64,000 nt of DNA from a virus, in the IMG/VR virus record IMGVR_UViG_3300035695_000001, positions 1 to 64,000 of that record; one strand, 5' to 3'. The translations under genes were made by a program, and so were the position numbers. Shown in pieces: positions 28,134 to 37,698 of the stretch. The notes under the pieces are model-generated. The model did no database searches, was not told the origin of the DNA, and saw nothing but the letters and a program-made list of their open reading frames with translations. The stretch's first letter is position 1. Each line of letters opens with the position of its first letter.

Positions 28134-29321
28134 TCACTGGAACACGATCCTGGCGTTCCCGATGTGCGCGACGGTGACCTTGGGGCCGCCGTCTGGCCCG
28201 GTGTCGGCAGGGTCGGCAGCCAGGTCGACGGCGATCAGGTTGGGCGAGGTGAGCCCCATCAGGGCCGAAGTCAGGTCGATGGACGTCTCCAGCAGCGAGG
28301 CCCCACCGTCGGCGAGCGCGCTACCCGCCGTGATGCTCACCGTGCTCGTCCCGATGATGGTGCTGGTCGAGAAGTTCACCACAAACACCCGCGCCTCCTG
28401 GCTCCGCCAGAGGCAGGCGTCGGATCCCTGGTCCAGCAGCCCCGTCCCGAACCCCGTCGGCCCGTGGGTCCCCGCCGAGGTGCATCCCGCGTCCATCGTG
28501 GCCACGTAGACCACGGGGATCCCAGTCCCGGCCCCGTTGTCGTTCCCGACGATGTCGTTGGGCGAGTAGCCAGCGTCCGCCACCCACGCGGACTCTCCCC
28601 CCGTGTGGTCGCAGTACAGCGTCGCCTTGAGCGTCGCCGTCGTCGTCCCTGGGAAGTCCACGCTGGGCTGGACGGCGCCAACCCAGAAGGCGCTGGCGGT
28701 CGACCCAGTGACCGCCGAGGAGCCGGTCAGCGAGAGCGAGACAGAACCGCCACCGCTGGACCGGAGCACCTTGTTGAGGGCCGGGAGCCAGCCGTACTGG
28801 CCGCTCTGGTTCGTCTCGTCGAGGGCCAGAACGAGTGGCGGCGTGTACCACTTCGCGCTGCCCTGCGTCTGGCCCAGGTTGACCCCGCCGTTGTACTGGC
28901 CGGCGTTGACCGTCGCCCGGAGGATCGCGGCCGTGCCCACCCCGCCAACCGCAGCGACGTAGCCATGTGCTTGGCGGACGTTGTCGGTGATGATGATCGA
29001 GTAGTTCGACGGCGAGGTCGTCTCGTCGGTCGAGGTGACCTCCCACGTCGTCTGGCTCACGCCCTGCGTCGCCGAGAGCCGGAAGTACAGCCGGGCCGAC
29101 GCGGGCACCGAGATCGGCGCACTGGCTGCCCCCCACGTCACGTTGTCGAGGCTGAACTCGATCGCGGGCGGGTTGCTCGACACCGCCTTGAGGGGGGCTG
29201 GTGTCCCCGTCGACTGGCTCGGGGCAGGGGAGGGCGCCTGGCAGCCCATGGTCAGCAGAGCGAGCGCCAGGATGGCGAAGAGGATGCCCAACCAGCGGGC
29301 ATGCTTGAGGTGGATCGTCAT
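28134..29321 (-). CDS. putative lipoprotein with tail-fibre-like N-terminal domain
   Basis: ATG 29321; lipobox TMGC followed by QAP; LDET...GW...LN segment reminiscent of fibre anchoring domains. Confidence 0.65.
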   Translation of the reverse strand: MTIHLKHARWLGILFAILALALLTMGCQAPSPAPSQSTGTPAPLKAVSSNPPAIEFSLDNVTWGAASAPISVPASARLYFRLSATQGVSQTTWEVTSTDETTSPSNYSIIITDNVRQAHGYVAAVGGVGTAAILRATVNAGQYNGGVNLGQTQGSAKWYTPPLVLALDETNQSGQYGWLPALNKVLRSSGGGSVSLSLTGSSAVTGSTASAFWVGAVQPSVDFPGTTTATLKATLYCDHTGGESAWVADAGYSPNDIVGNDNGAGTGIPVVYVATMDAGCTSAGTHGPTGFGTGLLDQGSDACLWRSQEARVFVVNFSTSTIIGTSTVSITAGSALADGGASLLETSIDLTSALMGLTSPNLIAVDLAADPADTGPDGGPKVTVAHIGNARIVFQ

Positions 29322-29329
29322 GGGCTCAT

Positions 29330-29860
29330 GGTGCCCTCGCACGCGCGTGATCTCAACCTGCCAAGTGGATCTGCCGGATCTCGGAGGACGGCTGCCCTCT
29401 CCGGCTGAGCGAACAAGCCGCACGATCGATCCAACCGGAGGCACTGGCAGGGCCTGCATCCAGAGCAGAATCATCGAAGGGGGGAGGCCATCGACGCTCC
29501 TTTGGCTCGACGTGGACAGCAGGGCCATCTCAACCTGCCCCATCCCAAAAACCAGATGGCGAACCGCGGAGCCTCCTGGCGTAGCGCGTTCGCTCGACCG
29601 TCCAGGGGGTCGTATCCCCTGGTCGGGGTTCGGGGGCGAGCCCCCGAGCTAGACGCTCACCACGTCCACGTCGGCAACCCGACCCAGAACCAGATCCGGA
29701 CCGGACGCGCCGAGCGCGCAGAACCAGAAGGGCGCCTCCACGCCGACCGTCCCGATCGTAGGGGGTGATCGGATCCGTGGCGTCAAGCAAATCGAACCGC
29801 GGGCCTTTTCTGCCGCTTCTGGTGCGTATGTGCCGATGGCACACTGTGGCATGAGCGCAG
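29330..29860. other. non-coding region with repeats and GC hairpins, candidate replication origin
   Basis: ATCTCAACCTGCC x2; (G/A)AACCAGA x3; tandem hairpins at 29602-29622 and 29630-29647. Confidence 0.4.
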
Positions 29861-29865
29861 GTGGC

Positions 29866-30066
29866 TCAGACGATGGCGGTCCGTCCTTGAGCGACCGCCT
29901 CGGCGATCTTGGCCACCAAGGCGGTGTCCAAAGCCCCGGCCAGGGGGATCCCCACCGAACGCAGGGCGACGGATGGCGGGATGAGGTTTCGGATGAGGGC
30001 CAGGGCCCGCTCCTCGCGGGTCGGCGAGCCTCGGCGCTTCGTGGTGGGCTGGCGTCCGTCGTCCAT
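29866..30066 (-). CDS. small hypothetical protein
   Basis: TG-n-TACCTT 6 nt before ATG (leaderless); adjacent to an operator pair. Confidence 0.5.
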   Translation of the reverse strand: MDDGRQPTTKRRGSPTREERALALIRNLIPPSVALRSVGIPLAGALDTALVAKIAEAVAQGRTAIV

Positions 30067-30092
30067 CCGCCGAAGGTACCACGGGCGACCAC

Positions 30093-30124
30093 TGCTAGAC
30101 AGTGCCGGCCGTACGTGCTAGACA
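30093..30124. promoter_or_regulatory. Operator pair in direct orientation, TGCTAGACA-N14-TGCTAGACA
   Basis: Exact 9-mers between divergent genes. Confidence 0.75.
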
Positions 30125-30277
30125 CTTGGCAGGGATTCGGCTCTCGCCTGTCCCGCGCCGCGTAGATGGACCAACCCGCCTCGGCTCGCAGCCCAGGGGA
30201 CCCGGTACGTGGTGTGGATCTTCAACGACCAGAGAGGATGCGCTACCCGGAGAGGCTGGCGCGGAGAGGACAGGAGC

Positions 30278-31009
30278 ATGCCGAAGGACGAGCGGACCGC
30301 AGTGGTGCAAGGCTACGGCTTCGTGGTGAACACGGAGTCGTTTGCCGGTGCCTTCGAGCGCGACGTCGTGGCGCACATGACCGGCTGCTACGGGGAGTGC
30401 GGGGTCGGGAAGGAGATCGCCAGCAAGGCCCGTCGCGAGTTCAAGGCCAGCCCGGAGGGGAGACGCTTCCGCCGCTGGTGCCGGAAGCACGTCGAGAACA
30501 AGCCCGACGATCACGGCTGCAACCCCCGCCCGCCTCTGAGCGAGGAGGAGCAGTCGAGGTTCAAGGCGTGGCGTGAGAGCCTTCCCGTGGGGCCGCCGCT
30601 CAGCGCGGAGGAGCGCGCCATCCTCGACGAGCGCAGCAAGGGCCCGACGTTCTCCTCGGGCGTCATGACCGCGCTCCTGGCCCGCCGGAAGGAGATGGCC
30701 AAGCAGATCGCGGCGGACACGATGCCGCTCCGTGAAGCGGCAGTGGCGGCGCACGAGAGCAACCTCGAACTCTCGGACCTGCTTACTGGGGCGGCCGACG
30801 CGATCCACGACCTCCGAAGGCGGGCCAAGAAGGCGGAGGCCATCGCGTCGGCCGAGAGGGCGCTGCGGGTGGCGGCGGCGGGGATCGATGCCTGCCGTCC
30901 AGGCGACGGACTGTGCCAAGAACACGAGGACAGCGAACGCGAACAGTCCGCGCTCGGGGCGTACATGGCCGCCGAGACCGCCCTCCGCGCCCTTGGGGTC
31001 GAGCCGTGA
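30278..31009 (+). CDS. hypothetical protein
   Basis: SD AGGAG; FERDVVAHMTGCYGECGVG. Confidence 0.7.
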   Translation: MPKDERTAVVQGYGFVVNTESFAGAFERDVVAHMTGCYGECGVGKEIASKARREFKASPEGRRFRRWCRKHVENKPDDHGCNPRPPLSEEEQSRFKAWRESLPVGPPLSAEERAILDERSKGPTFSSGVMTALLARRKEMAKQIAADTMPLREAAVAAHESNLELSDLLTGAADAIHDLRRRAKKAEAIASAERALRVAAAGIDACRPGDGLCQEHEDSEREQSALGAYMAAETALRALGVEP

Positions 31010-31072
31010 GCACAGCGCTCGCCGAGTGGAACAACCTCGTCGCCTTCGTGAAATAGGAAGAAAGGACCGTTC

Positions 31073-31855
31073 ATGCTCGACAAGTTGAAGGCCCCGTATA
31101 TCGGGGTGACCGGGATCATGTCCGCCGCCCAAGCCGAGGAAGTGCTGGTGCTTTACACCGACGCCTGGAAGGCGGTGCGGTGCGTCCCCACCCACCTGCT
31201 CATGCTCGGCGTGCTGGCCAGCCACAAGACCATGCGCGGGGAGGTCAACCGCTGGCCGCTCCGCTACCCGAAGCGGGAGGACATCGCCGGCTGCTTCGTC
31301 GAGCACCCGCTGGCGCTGAACCTGCTCCACTTCGCGCCTGGGTTCGCATTGACGGATCGACCCGTAGAGCAGGTAGAGGCCATCGGCAGGGCTCTCGGAG
31401 TCGCTGGCCCGCACTGCCACGGGCTCCAGATCAACGGTACCTGGCCTCTGCCAGGCGCGCTCCGCCGCTCGACGCCGTTCTTGTGGCGCTTGGTCCTCCA
31501 GACCAAGACCCTCGCCGTCACCACGACGGCCCGGCCGGAGGCGACGGACCTCCTGCTCGACATGAGCGGTGGCAAGGGGCAGCCCGCAGACGTCGGCGAC
31601 GCCGTCCAGAAGATCCAGCACAGCCCGTGGTCGCGCGGCATCGGGGTCGCCGGTGGCTTCTGCGCCGACTTTCTTCCGCCACCGTGGGTCTTCGGCGAGC
31701 GCGGTCCGAGGGCGGCCCCCAACCACGGTCCTGGGCTCAGCATCGACGCCGAGGGCCGGCTCCGCGACGACGCCGACGGGGGCGGGAACCTCGACATGGC
31801 CAAGGTGGGCGCCTACCTCCGGGCTGCGGTCGTCCTGGCAGCGGGTGCAGCGTGA
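31073..31855 (+). CDS. TrpF/PRAI-like TIM-barrel protein
   Basis: YIGVTG, LQIN, LLDMSGGKG, GVAGG and IDAEGRLR motifs. Confidence 0.7.
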   Translation: MLDKLKAPYIGVTGIMSAAQAEEVLVLYTDAWKAVRCVPTHLLMLGVLASHKTMRGEVNRWPLRYPKREDIAGCFVEHPLALNLLHFAPGFALTDRPVEQVEAIGRALGVAGPHCHGLQINGTWPLPGALRRSTPFLWRLVLQTKTLAVTTTARPEATDLLLDMSGGKGQPADVGDAVQKIQHSPWSRGIGVAGGFCADFLPPPWVFGERGPRAAPNHGPGLSIDAEGRLRDDADGGGNLDMAKVGAYLRAAVVLAAGAA

Positions 31856-31974
31856 GCGTCTTCTTTGGCCTCATGTTCGTAGCGCTGAGCGTCTCCGGCC
31901 TGGGGCTCACCATCGCCGCCGCGTCCAAGGACATCGTCCGCGCCATCGATCGACACAACAGGAGAGAGCCTTGA
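31852..31974 (+). CDS. small membrane protein
   Basis: Single TM segment; coupled at both ends. Confidence 0.45.
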   Translation: MSVFFGLMFVALSVSGLGLTIAAASKDIVRAIDRHNRREP

Positions 31975-32489
31975 ACAGACCGAAGACGAACCACGCGCGG
32001 ACAGGCGCCAACGCCGTCGTCACGACCCCGAACGCTGGCGTGATGATCGACCTCCTCGGGCCTGGCATCCACACCGAGGCGGTGCTTCTGAGCCGCGACG
32101 AGTGGAAGCACGTCAAGCGCCTTTACGGGTACACCCCAGAGAAGCCCACCCCCAAGCCTCCGGAGCCCGTCGACCCGGGCCCGGATGCGTCCTGGGAGGC
32201 CCAGCACAAGTACAACGACGCCAAGCGGGCCTGGGATCGCTGGGAGGACCCGCGCCCCATGATGCAGGCCGGCGCCGACCGCAACGCCCTCCGGCACGCA
32301 GCCTGCGACGGGATGCGCCTCCTCGCCTGGATCGCCAAGCACGTCGAGCCGGGAGAGGACCCGCTCAAGACCCTGGTCCAGATGGCCATCGGGGCTGGCT
32401 TCGACGTCGACCCGGAGGACTACGGCTGGGCGACCAGCGTGCAGGACGAGGAGACCGCCGACGAGGCGGAGGAAGCGGAAGTGGCGTGA
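31971..32489 (+). CDS. hypothetical protein
   Basis: SD AGGAG; TTG start. Confidence 0.7.
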   Translation: MNRPKTNHARTGANAVVTTPNAGVMIDLLGPGIHTEAVLLSRDEWKHVKRLYGYTPEKPTPKPPEPVDPGPDASWEAQHKYNDAKRAWDRWEDPRPMMQAGADRNALRHAACDGMRLLAWIAKHVEPGEDPLKTLVQMAIGAGFDVDPEDYGWATSVQDEETADEAEEAEVA

Positions 32490-32746
32490 TGGCGATCAAG
32501 TTCGAGAAGATCGAGGCCGGCATGCGCCTCAGCGACGTCCATTCCCAGCGCATGGGCAACGCCAGCATGAGCCGTCTCGACTGCTGGCCCGTGGACGTGA
32601 TCTCCGTCGACCAGACGAAGCGGACGGCCCTCGTGCGCTGGAACGGGAACACGGCCCAGACGTGGGACGCGCGCCGTCTGGAGAAACTCTACCGCGAGGA
32701 CAAGTTGCCGAAAGCGTACAGAGACCAGGAGGCGCGGGGCCGATGA
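32489..32746 (+). CDS. hypothetical phage protein
   Basis: TGATG coupling. Confidence 0.7.
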   Translation: MAIKFEKIEAGMRLSDVHSQRMGNASMSRLDCWPVDVISVDQTKRTALVRWNGNTAQTWDARRLEKLYREDKLPKAYRDQEARGR

Positions 32747-33279
32747 CCGAGCCCATCGACGAGAGGACCGCCAAGGATCGCGTGCTCGCCTTCGTGGCGT
32801 TCCGGTTCGGAGCCGTGCAGACGCCAGGCACCATCGGCGCCGACATCGGCAAGGCGGCTCGGGCCAAGGGGCTGTCCACGCCGCTGGCGGACTACCTGGA
32901 GACCATCGCCCGCCGGCACGAGATGATCGCCAGAGCCTTCCGCTTGGCGGTCCGGGCAGCGAACGGGGAGAGCATCGAGACCCTCTGCAAGGTCTCGCTG
33001 GACGAGGACTGGGCCACCCCTACGGCCGCCCACCGGAGCGCTGGCGAGGTGCTCATCGACATCCGCAACCTCCTCGGGCTGAAGGATGGCGAGTCGACCG
33101 TCGATGCCGTGCGGGCGGCGCTATCCAAGTCCGAGGACTCCGCCGACTGGCGCAGAGTGGCCGTGGAGTGCCTCTGGCGCCTGGACCTGATCGGCTGGAA
33201 GGTCGAGCCGTCCCTGCCAAGGGTGAAGCCGGAGAGCGACGCAGAGCCTCCGCATGCGCTGGTCAGGAGAGCCCCGTGA
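32743..33279 (+). CDS. hypothetical protein
   Basis: ATGA coupling; SD. Confidence 0.65.
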   Translation: MTEPIDERTAKDRVLAFVAFRFGAVQTPGTIGADIGKAARAKGLSTPLADYLETIARRHEMIARAFRLAVRAANGESIETLCKVSLDEDWATPTAAHRSAGEVLIDIRNLLGLKDGESTVDAVRAALSKSEDSADWRRVAVECLWRLDLIGWKVEPSLPRVKPESDAEPPHALVRRAP

Positions 33280-33626
33280 CGCGCTGGAAGACCAGCCGCC
33301 CCGAGCGACCGTGGAACGGTGGGATCCGGGAGGCTGCCACCATCGTCGACGGGAAGAGGAACATCCTCGGCGGAGTCATCCGGGCCAGCAACGCCAAGGT
33401 CTGGACGGCCTGGGTCAGGACCACTGACGCGGGGAGGCAGACCCCCGAGATCGGGACCTACAAGCGCCGCTGCGACGCCAAGGTGGCCGTCGAGGTGTCA
33501 CTCGATGGTGCCCGCCGCAAGGAAACCGCCCGCAAGGAAGCCGTGCTCGCGCTCCTCGACGATCAAGAGAAGGCCCGCGCTCGCTTCTATGCGACCGGCA
33601 AGCACCCATGGGAGAAGAACGCATGA
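33276..33626 (+). CDS. hypothetical protein
   Basis: GTGA coupling. Confidence 0.65.
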   Translation: MTRWKTSRPERPWNGGIREAATIVDGKRNILGGVIRASNAKVWTAWVRTTDAGRQTPEIGTYKRRCDAKVAVEVSLDGARRKETARKEAVLALLDDQEKARARFYATGKHPWEKNA

Positions 33627-34099
33627 CCGACGAGACCCTGTACCCGTGCGACTTCGTCGAGTGCCCGTCCTGTCGTGATGGGAAGCGCGGCGCGGCGACG
33701 TGCTGCTTCTGCAACGGCACTGCGAAGTTGCTGGCCCCGCTCTGCGCGGTCTGCGCAGAGACCCCGAGCCAGTGCCGTTGCCCCATCCCGTGCGGCAAGG
33801 GCTGCGCGATCGTCCACGGACGCCAGAGCGGGCCATGTGGGGCGCCAGCCGTCGGACTGATCCAGCCAGAGGACTGGAGTAGCCTCCTTCTCCTGTTCGA
33901 TCCCATCCACACCCTCGACGACGCATTCCGGTGCGCGAAGCACCTTCCTGGTTTCGGTGACGCGCCGTTCGAGCGTTTCGACGCCAGCGAGGAATCCACG
34001 CTCGGTCACCTGCGCCGCTACATCATCGACGAGACGAACTGGAAGCCGTGGGGGGTCGGACGACTATGGCAGGTCGCGCCGGAAGAGAGGCGACGATGA
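33623..34099 (+). CDS. Cys-rich Zn-binding hypothetical protein
   Basis: Multiple CxxC motifs, including CxxCxGxA. Confidence 0.65.
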   Translation: MTDETLYPCDFVECPSCRDGKRGAATCCFCNGTAKLLAPLCAVCAETPSQCRCPIPCGKGCAIVHGRQSGPCGAPAVGLIQPEDWSSLLLLFDPIHTLDDAFRCAKHLPGFGDAPFERFDASEESTLGHLRRYIIDETNWKPWGVGRLWQVAPEERRR

Positions 34100-34785
34100 G
34101 CCGCTTCCTCGACATCCTGCGCAAGCAGTACCCGCTCCCTGCCTACGCCGTCTTCGCCGAGGTCCGGTCCGCCACTGGGGCCGTCGATGGCCCGCGGTAC
34201 GGGGACTACGTCGTCGTGGCCCTGCTCCCCTCCGGCAGGGGGCAGATCATCCTCCTCGAAGAGAAGGCGTCCAAGGGCGACTATGGGCGCGAGATCAGGG
34301 CACCCGAGAAGTCCGAGGAGATCGGCCGGTTCTGCACGGAGCGCTACTTCATCGTCCAGGCCCCGAGGAAGAACGTGATCCCGGACCTGGACCGGGTCCC
34401 CCACCCGTGGGGGCTGCTGGAGGTAGGGGCCGGTGGGATCGTCGAGGTCCGCGAAGCCGTGAAGGTGGAGCCGGCCTGCGAACCGTCTGCTGGCTTCATG
34501 CGCTCGCTGCTCCGGGCCGCCGTCGTCCAGGGTGAGGCTGGCTCCGGCGAGCACGAGAGCACCATCGGCCGGCACCTCGGCGGCAACAGGTACGCGCTCG
34601 GCTGCGGGCACTCCGCCACCATCGGCGTCAAGGCGTCCAAGATGCCGAAGAAGTGGCCATGCCTCCACTGCGCGGCGGGGGACAAGACGGACGAGGAGAT
34701 CGTCGAGGCAGCGATCGACGACGCGGAGCCGGAGCAACTGCGGCGCTGGGCGGAGAAGATCGAACGGATGCGAGGTGGGGCGTGA
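34096..34785 (+). CDS. MmcB-like PD-(D/E)XK endonuclease with C-terminal Zn ribbon
   Basis: FAEV..ATG, RYGD, EEKASKGD, PEK and WGLLEV motifs; LGCGH...CLHC. Confidence 0.7.
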   Translation: MSRFLDILRKQYPLPAYAVFAEVRSATGAVDGPRYGDYVVVALLPSGRGQIILLEEKASKGDYGREIRAPEKSEEIGRFCTERYFIVQAPRKNVIPDLDRVPHPWGLLEVGAGGIVEVREAVKVEPACEPSAGFMRSLLRAAVVQGEAGSGEHESTIGRHLGGNRYALGCGHSATIGVKASKMPKKWPCLHCAAGDKTDEEIVEAAIDDAEPEQLRRWAEKIERMRGGA

Positions 34786-35636
34786 AAAAGGATCGGGCAA
34801 AAGCCATCCTGGACGCTGCTGACGAGTCAGGCGTGCCAGTGGCGTCGCTCGTCCCTGTAGCCCCATCAGGCCGGCTCGCTGTCGCCACGCCACCACAGGC
34901 GAAGCCGAAGAAGAATGGCCCGGCGCGCCGCACGGTGGTCAAGCGGGTGACCGACGAGCGGAGCGGCATCACCGTGGACGTCGTGCTCGACGCACAGACG
35001 GGCCTCTTCGAGGCCAAGGTCCCCGGCTACCCGACGACGATCTTGGGGCCTGACTTCGCCACGGTCGTGGCCGAGACGGAGCGCATCCTACGCGCTGCGC
35101 AGGAGTACCAGTGGAAGCCGTCGATCGTGGTCGATGTGGGCCGCGACGGTGGTTTCTGGGCCGAGGACCGTCCGGGCCGACCTAATGACGACGTGCGCCA
35201 CACGCACCTCCAACGAGGCGGGTGCGTGGTCGACGTCACGGAGGCGGCGCTTGCCATGCGGTACTACCGCGTGGAGATCGCTCCGAAGCCTGGCGACCCG
35301 GCAAGGTTCGTCTGCCGACCGCACATGGAAGACGTGGAAGCCGAAGACGCAGGCAAGGAGTCGTGGGTGCCGAAGCATGCAACGCTGCATCGCGAGAAGG
35401 GCCACGACGTCGGCGACTTCCTGGAGCGCTCCAGCGCCGTCGTGATGCCCTACACGCCAGAACTATGGGCTGCCGTGGAGCAAGCCGCGGAAGACGTGCT
35501 CGCGGTGGGCAAGCGACTCCGCGAACTGGTCAAGCGCCCGGACCTACTGGCCAAGGTTGGCTCGCGCCTGCTCCTCGCCAGCGCACCGGACACCATCCCG
35601 GCCCTGCCCGCACCAGACCAGGAGGGTGAAGCATGA
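34782..35636 (+). CDS. hypothetical protein
   Basis: GTGA coupling; high GC3. Confidence 0.7.
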   Translation: MKKDRAKAILDAADESGVPVASLVPVAPSGRLAVATPPQAKPKKNGPARRTVVKRVTDERSGITVDVVLDAQTGLFEAKVPGYPTTILGPDFATVVAETERILRAAQEYQWKPSIVVDVGRDGGFWAEDRPGRPNDDVRHTHLQRGGCVVDVTEAALAMRYYRVEIAPKPGDPARFVCRPHMEDVEAEDAGKESWVPKHATLHREKGHDVGDFLERSSAVVMPYTPELWAAVEQAAEDVLAVGKRLRELVKRPDLLAKVGSRLLLASAPDTIPALPAPDQEGEA

Positions 35637-36091
35637 AGGTCTGGCTCATCGGCGAGAGCAACCCGTACCAGACCCCGGAGAGCGACCCGGAGCACCACTT
35701 CGCCCTCTACCCGGATCCGCCCAACTCCGCCGGTGGTCGACTCTGTCGGGCGCTCAAACTGCCAGACGCCGAGTACCTGAAGCGGTACCAGCGGAGGAAC
35801 CTGCTCCACACCGTCAAGTGGTCGGTGCCGGCCGCGCGTCGAGCCGCTGCCACCATCCTCGGTGCCGTGGCCGAGAGGGACGCCGTCGTGCTCCTCGGGG
35901 CGAAGGTCGCGGCAGCGTTCGGGGTCCCGTTCGACGTGCTCAAGACCCACCAGCGGCTGGTCCACGGCGAGGTGCTCTACACGCTGCTCGTCGTCCCTCA
36001 CCCGAGCGGACTGTCCCGCCTATGGAACCAGCGATCGATGCGAGAACGGGTGGTAGAGGCCATCCTGCGCCTCGACTCGGTGGCTACATGA
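35633..36091 (+). CDS. uracil-DNA glycosylase-like superfamily protein
   Basis: LIGESNP, SAGGRL, RRNL, VLLG.KVA and PHPSG..R.WN motifs. Confidence 0.75.
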   Translation: MKVWLIGESNPYQTPESDPEHHFALYPDPPNSAGGRLCRALKLPDAEYLKRYQRRNLLHTVKWSVPAARRAAATILGAVAERDAVVLLGAKVAAAFGVPFDVLKTHQRLVHGEVLYTLLVVPHPSGLSRLWNQRSMRERVVEAILRLDSVAT

Positions 36092-36342
36092 GCCGCGCGC
36101 TCTCCGAGCGCCTGGCCTGGCTCCTGGAACTGGCCCCGCCGCTGCCCTCTGAGCCAGAGGAGCCTCCGCCTCCTCCCGCTCCATCCCCGCCGCCGTCTGC
36201 TCCCCGCGTCTCGCTGCCAGTGGCCTGCCCTGCGCTCGGCGAGATCACCTCTACGACCTGCATCGACACCCAGGACGCTGGGAGGGTGAAGGCGTGCCGT
36301 GGCTGCGTGGTCGGGCGATCCGTCGTAGGGCTCGACCCATGA
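36088..36342 (+). CDS. small Pro/Cys-rich protein
   Basis: VACPALGEI...C...ACRGC; coupled. Confidence 0.55.
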   Translation: MSRALSERLAWLLELAPPLPSEPEEPPPPPAPSPPPSAPRVSLPVACPALGEITSTTCIDTQDAGRVKACRGCVVGRSVVGLDP

Positions 36343-36584
36343 GCAAGCGCCTCCACGACCATCGGTCGGTGGCGATGGCCGGCGGGATGATCCTCCTCGA
36401 CCAGGACGAGTTGCGCCGAGCCCCCATCGAGGGCCTGGTCAGGCTCGCCCAGTTCATGGGCCTCCGAGTCCACGGGTCGAAGGCCATGCCTGGCGCGTAC
36501 CGGCACGCTCTCGTCCAAGCGATCATGCGCGAGGAAAAACGGCTGGCCCGAGCACCGAAGGCCAAGCGGCACGACACTGTCTAA
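36339..36584 (+). CDS. hypothetical protein
   Basis: ATGA coupling. Confidence 0.55.
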   Translation: MSKRLHDHRSVAMAGGMILLDQDELRRAPIEGLVRLAQFMGLRVHGSKAMPGAYRHALVQAIMREEKRLARAPKAKRHDTV

Positions 36585-36606
36585 CAGTGCTGGGCCGTGC
36601 TAGACA
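36578..36606. promoter_or_regulatory. Operator pair TGTCTAACA-N11-TGCTAGACA
   Basis: One mismatch in the left half-site. Confidence 0.7.
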
Positions 36607-36628
36607 GTCACCAGGAACGGAGGAGACC

Positions 36629-36952
36629 ATGCAGGAACACACCGGAGCGATCGTGCCGCTGGCCAGCATCCACACCGCGATGGAGGCAGCGCAGGAAGCC
36701 TACCGAGCGCGGGCGGAGCACCTCGCCCGACAGGTGGCAGACGGGAAGATGACGCGCGAGGAGGCGGAGCGGCTTACGGTCGCCGCCGCCACCACAGCGG
36801 CCGAAGCGCTGGCGGCGTCGGAGCGCTACGTCGAGATCCCCGGAGCCGACATGCCCAAGGTGCAGGGCATGAACCGGCACGAGCGTCGCGCGTGGGCCGC
36901 TCAGCAACGGGGCAAGACTCGGAGAGCAGCGAAGGGCAAGGTGCCCGCGTGA
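36629..36952 (+). CDS. hypothetical protein
   Basis: SD GGAGGAG; MNRHERRA motif. Confidence 0.7.
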   Translation: MQEHTGAIVPLASIHTAMEAAQEAYRARAEHLARQVADGKMTREEAERLTVAAATTAAEALAASERYVEIPGADMPKVQGMNRHERRAWAAQQRGKTRRAAKGKVPA

Positions 36953-37674
36953 GACCCAAGACGTCCGACAAGACGTGCCTCTCCTACTGGTTCCCGAAGC
37001 TCGCGGCGTCCGGCGTGCTCGTCCCGCCGACCAGGATCGTGACGACCGAGGACGAACTGGTCGTGCTCGACGACGGGGAGACGCCGCCGCACTGGACGAC
37101 CTTCCTGGCTGGGCTTCGGAACGCGGCCGACGAGGTCGGAGGCTACCCTGTCTTCCTCCGCACCGGCCACGGGAGCGGCAAGCACGACTGGCTGGAGACG
37201 TGCTTCGTGCCGTTTCCAGAAGTCTTCGGACAGCATGTCTACGCCATCGTGGTGTGGAGCAACATCGTCGACATGATGGGGCTGCCCACCAACGTCTGGG
37301 CGGTCCGCAAGATGCTGCCCATGCTGTCGACGTTCACGGCCTTCGGTGGCTTCCCAGTGAACAAGGAGCGCCGGTACTTCATCGAGTCCGGCAAGGTCCG
37401 CTGTCACCACCCGTACTGGCCGCCGTACTCGATCGATGGGCACACCGCCGAGCCGGACTGGCAGGCGAAACTCGCAGCGCTGAACGAGGAGACGCCCGAC
37501 GAGGTCGCCCTGCTCACGAGGCTCTCGGAACAGGTGGCGCGCGCATTCGACGGTGACGGCGCATGGTCGCTCGACTGGGCTCAGACCCGGGACGGCGACT
37601 GGTACGCGATCGACATGGCCGAGATGCACCGCTCTTACCACTGGCCAAACTGCCCGGCGCAGCGGCCCGCCTGA
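36949..37674 (+). CDS. ATP-grasp-fold protein (R2K/Cdc123-like)
   Basis: YPVFLRT...SGKH, ERRYFI and WSLDW...WYAIDMA motifs. Confidence 0.65.
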   Translation: MRPKTSDKTCLSYWFPKLAASGVLVPPTRIVTTEDELVVLDDGETPPHWTTFLAGLRNAADEVGGYPVFLRTGHGSGKHDWLETCFVPFPEVFGQHVYAIVVWSNIVDMMGLPTNVWAVRKMLPMLSTFTAFGGFPVNKERRYFIESGKVRCHHPYWPPYSIDGHTAEPDWQAKLAALNEETPDEVALLTRLSEQVARAFDGDGAWSLDWAQTRDGDWYAIDMAEMHRSYHWPNCPAQRPA

Positions 37675-37698
37675 CCCCACACCTACCACGGAGACCAC

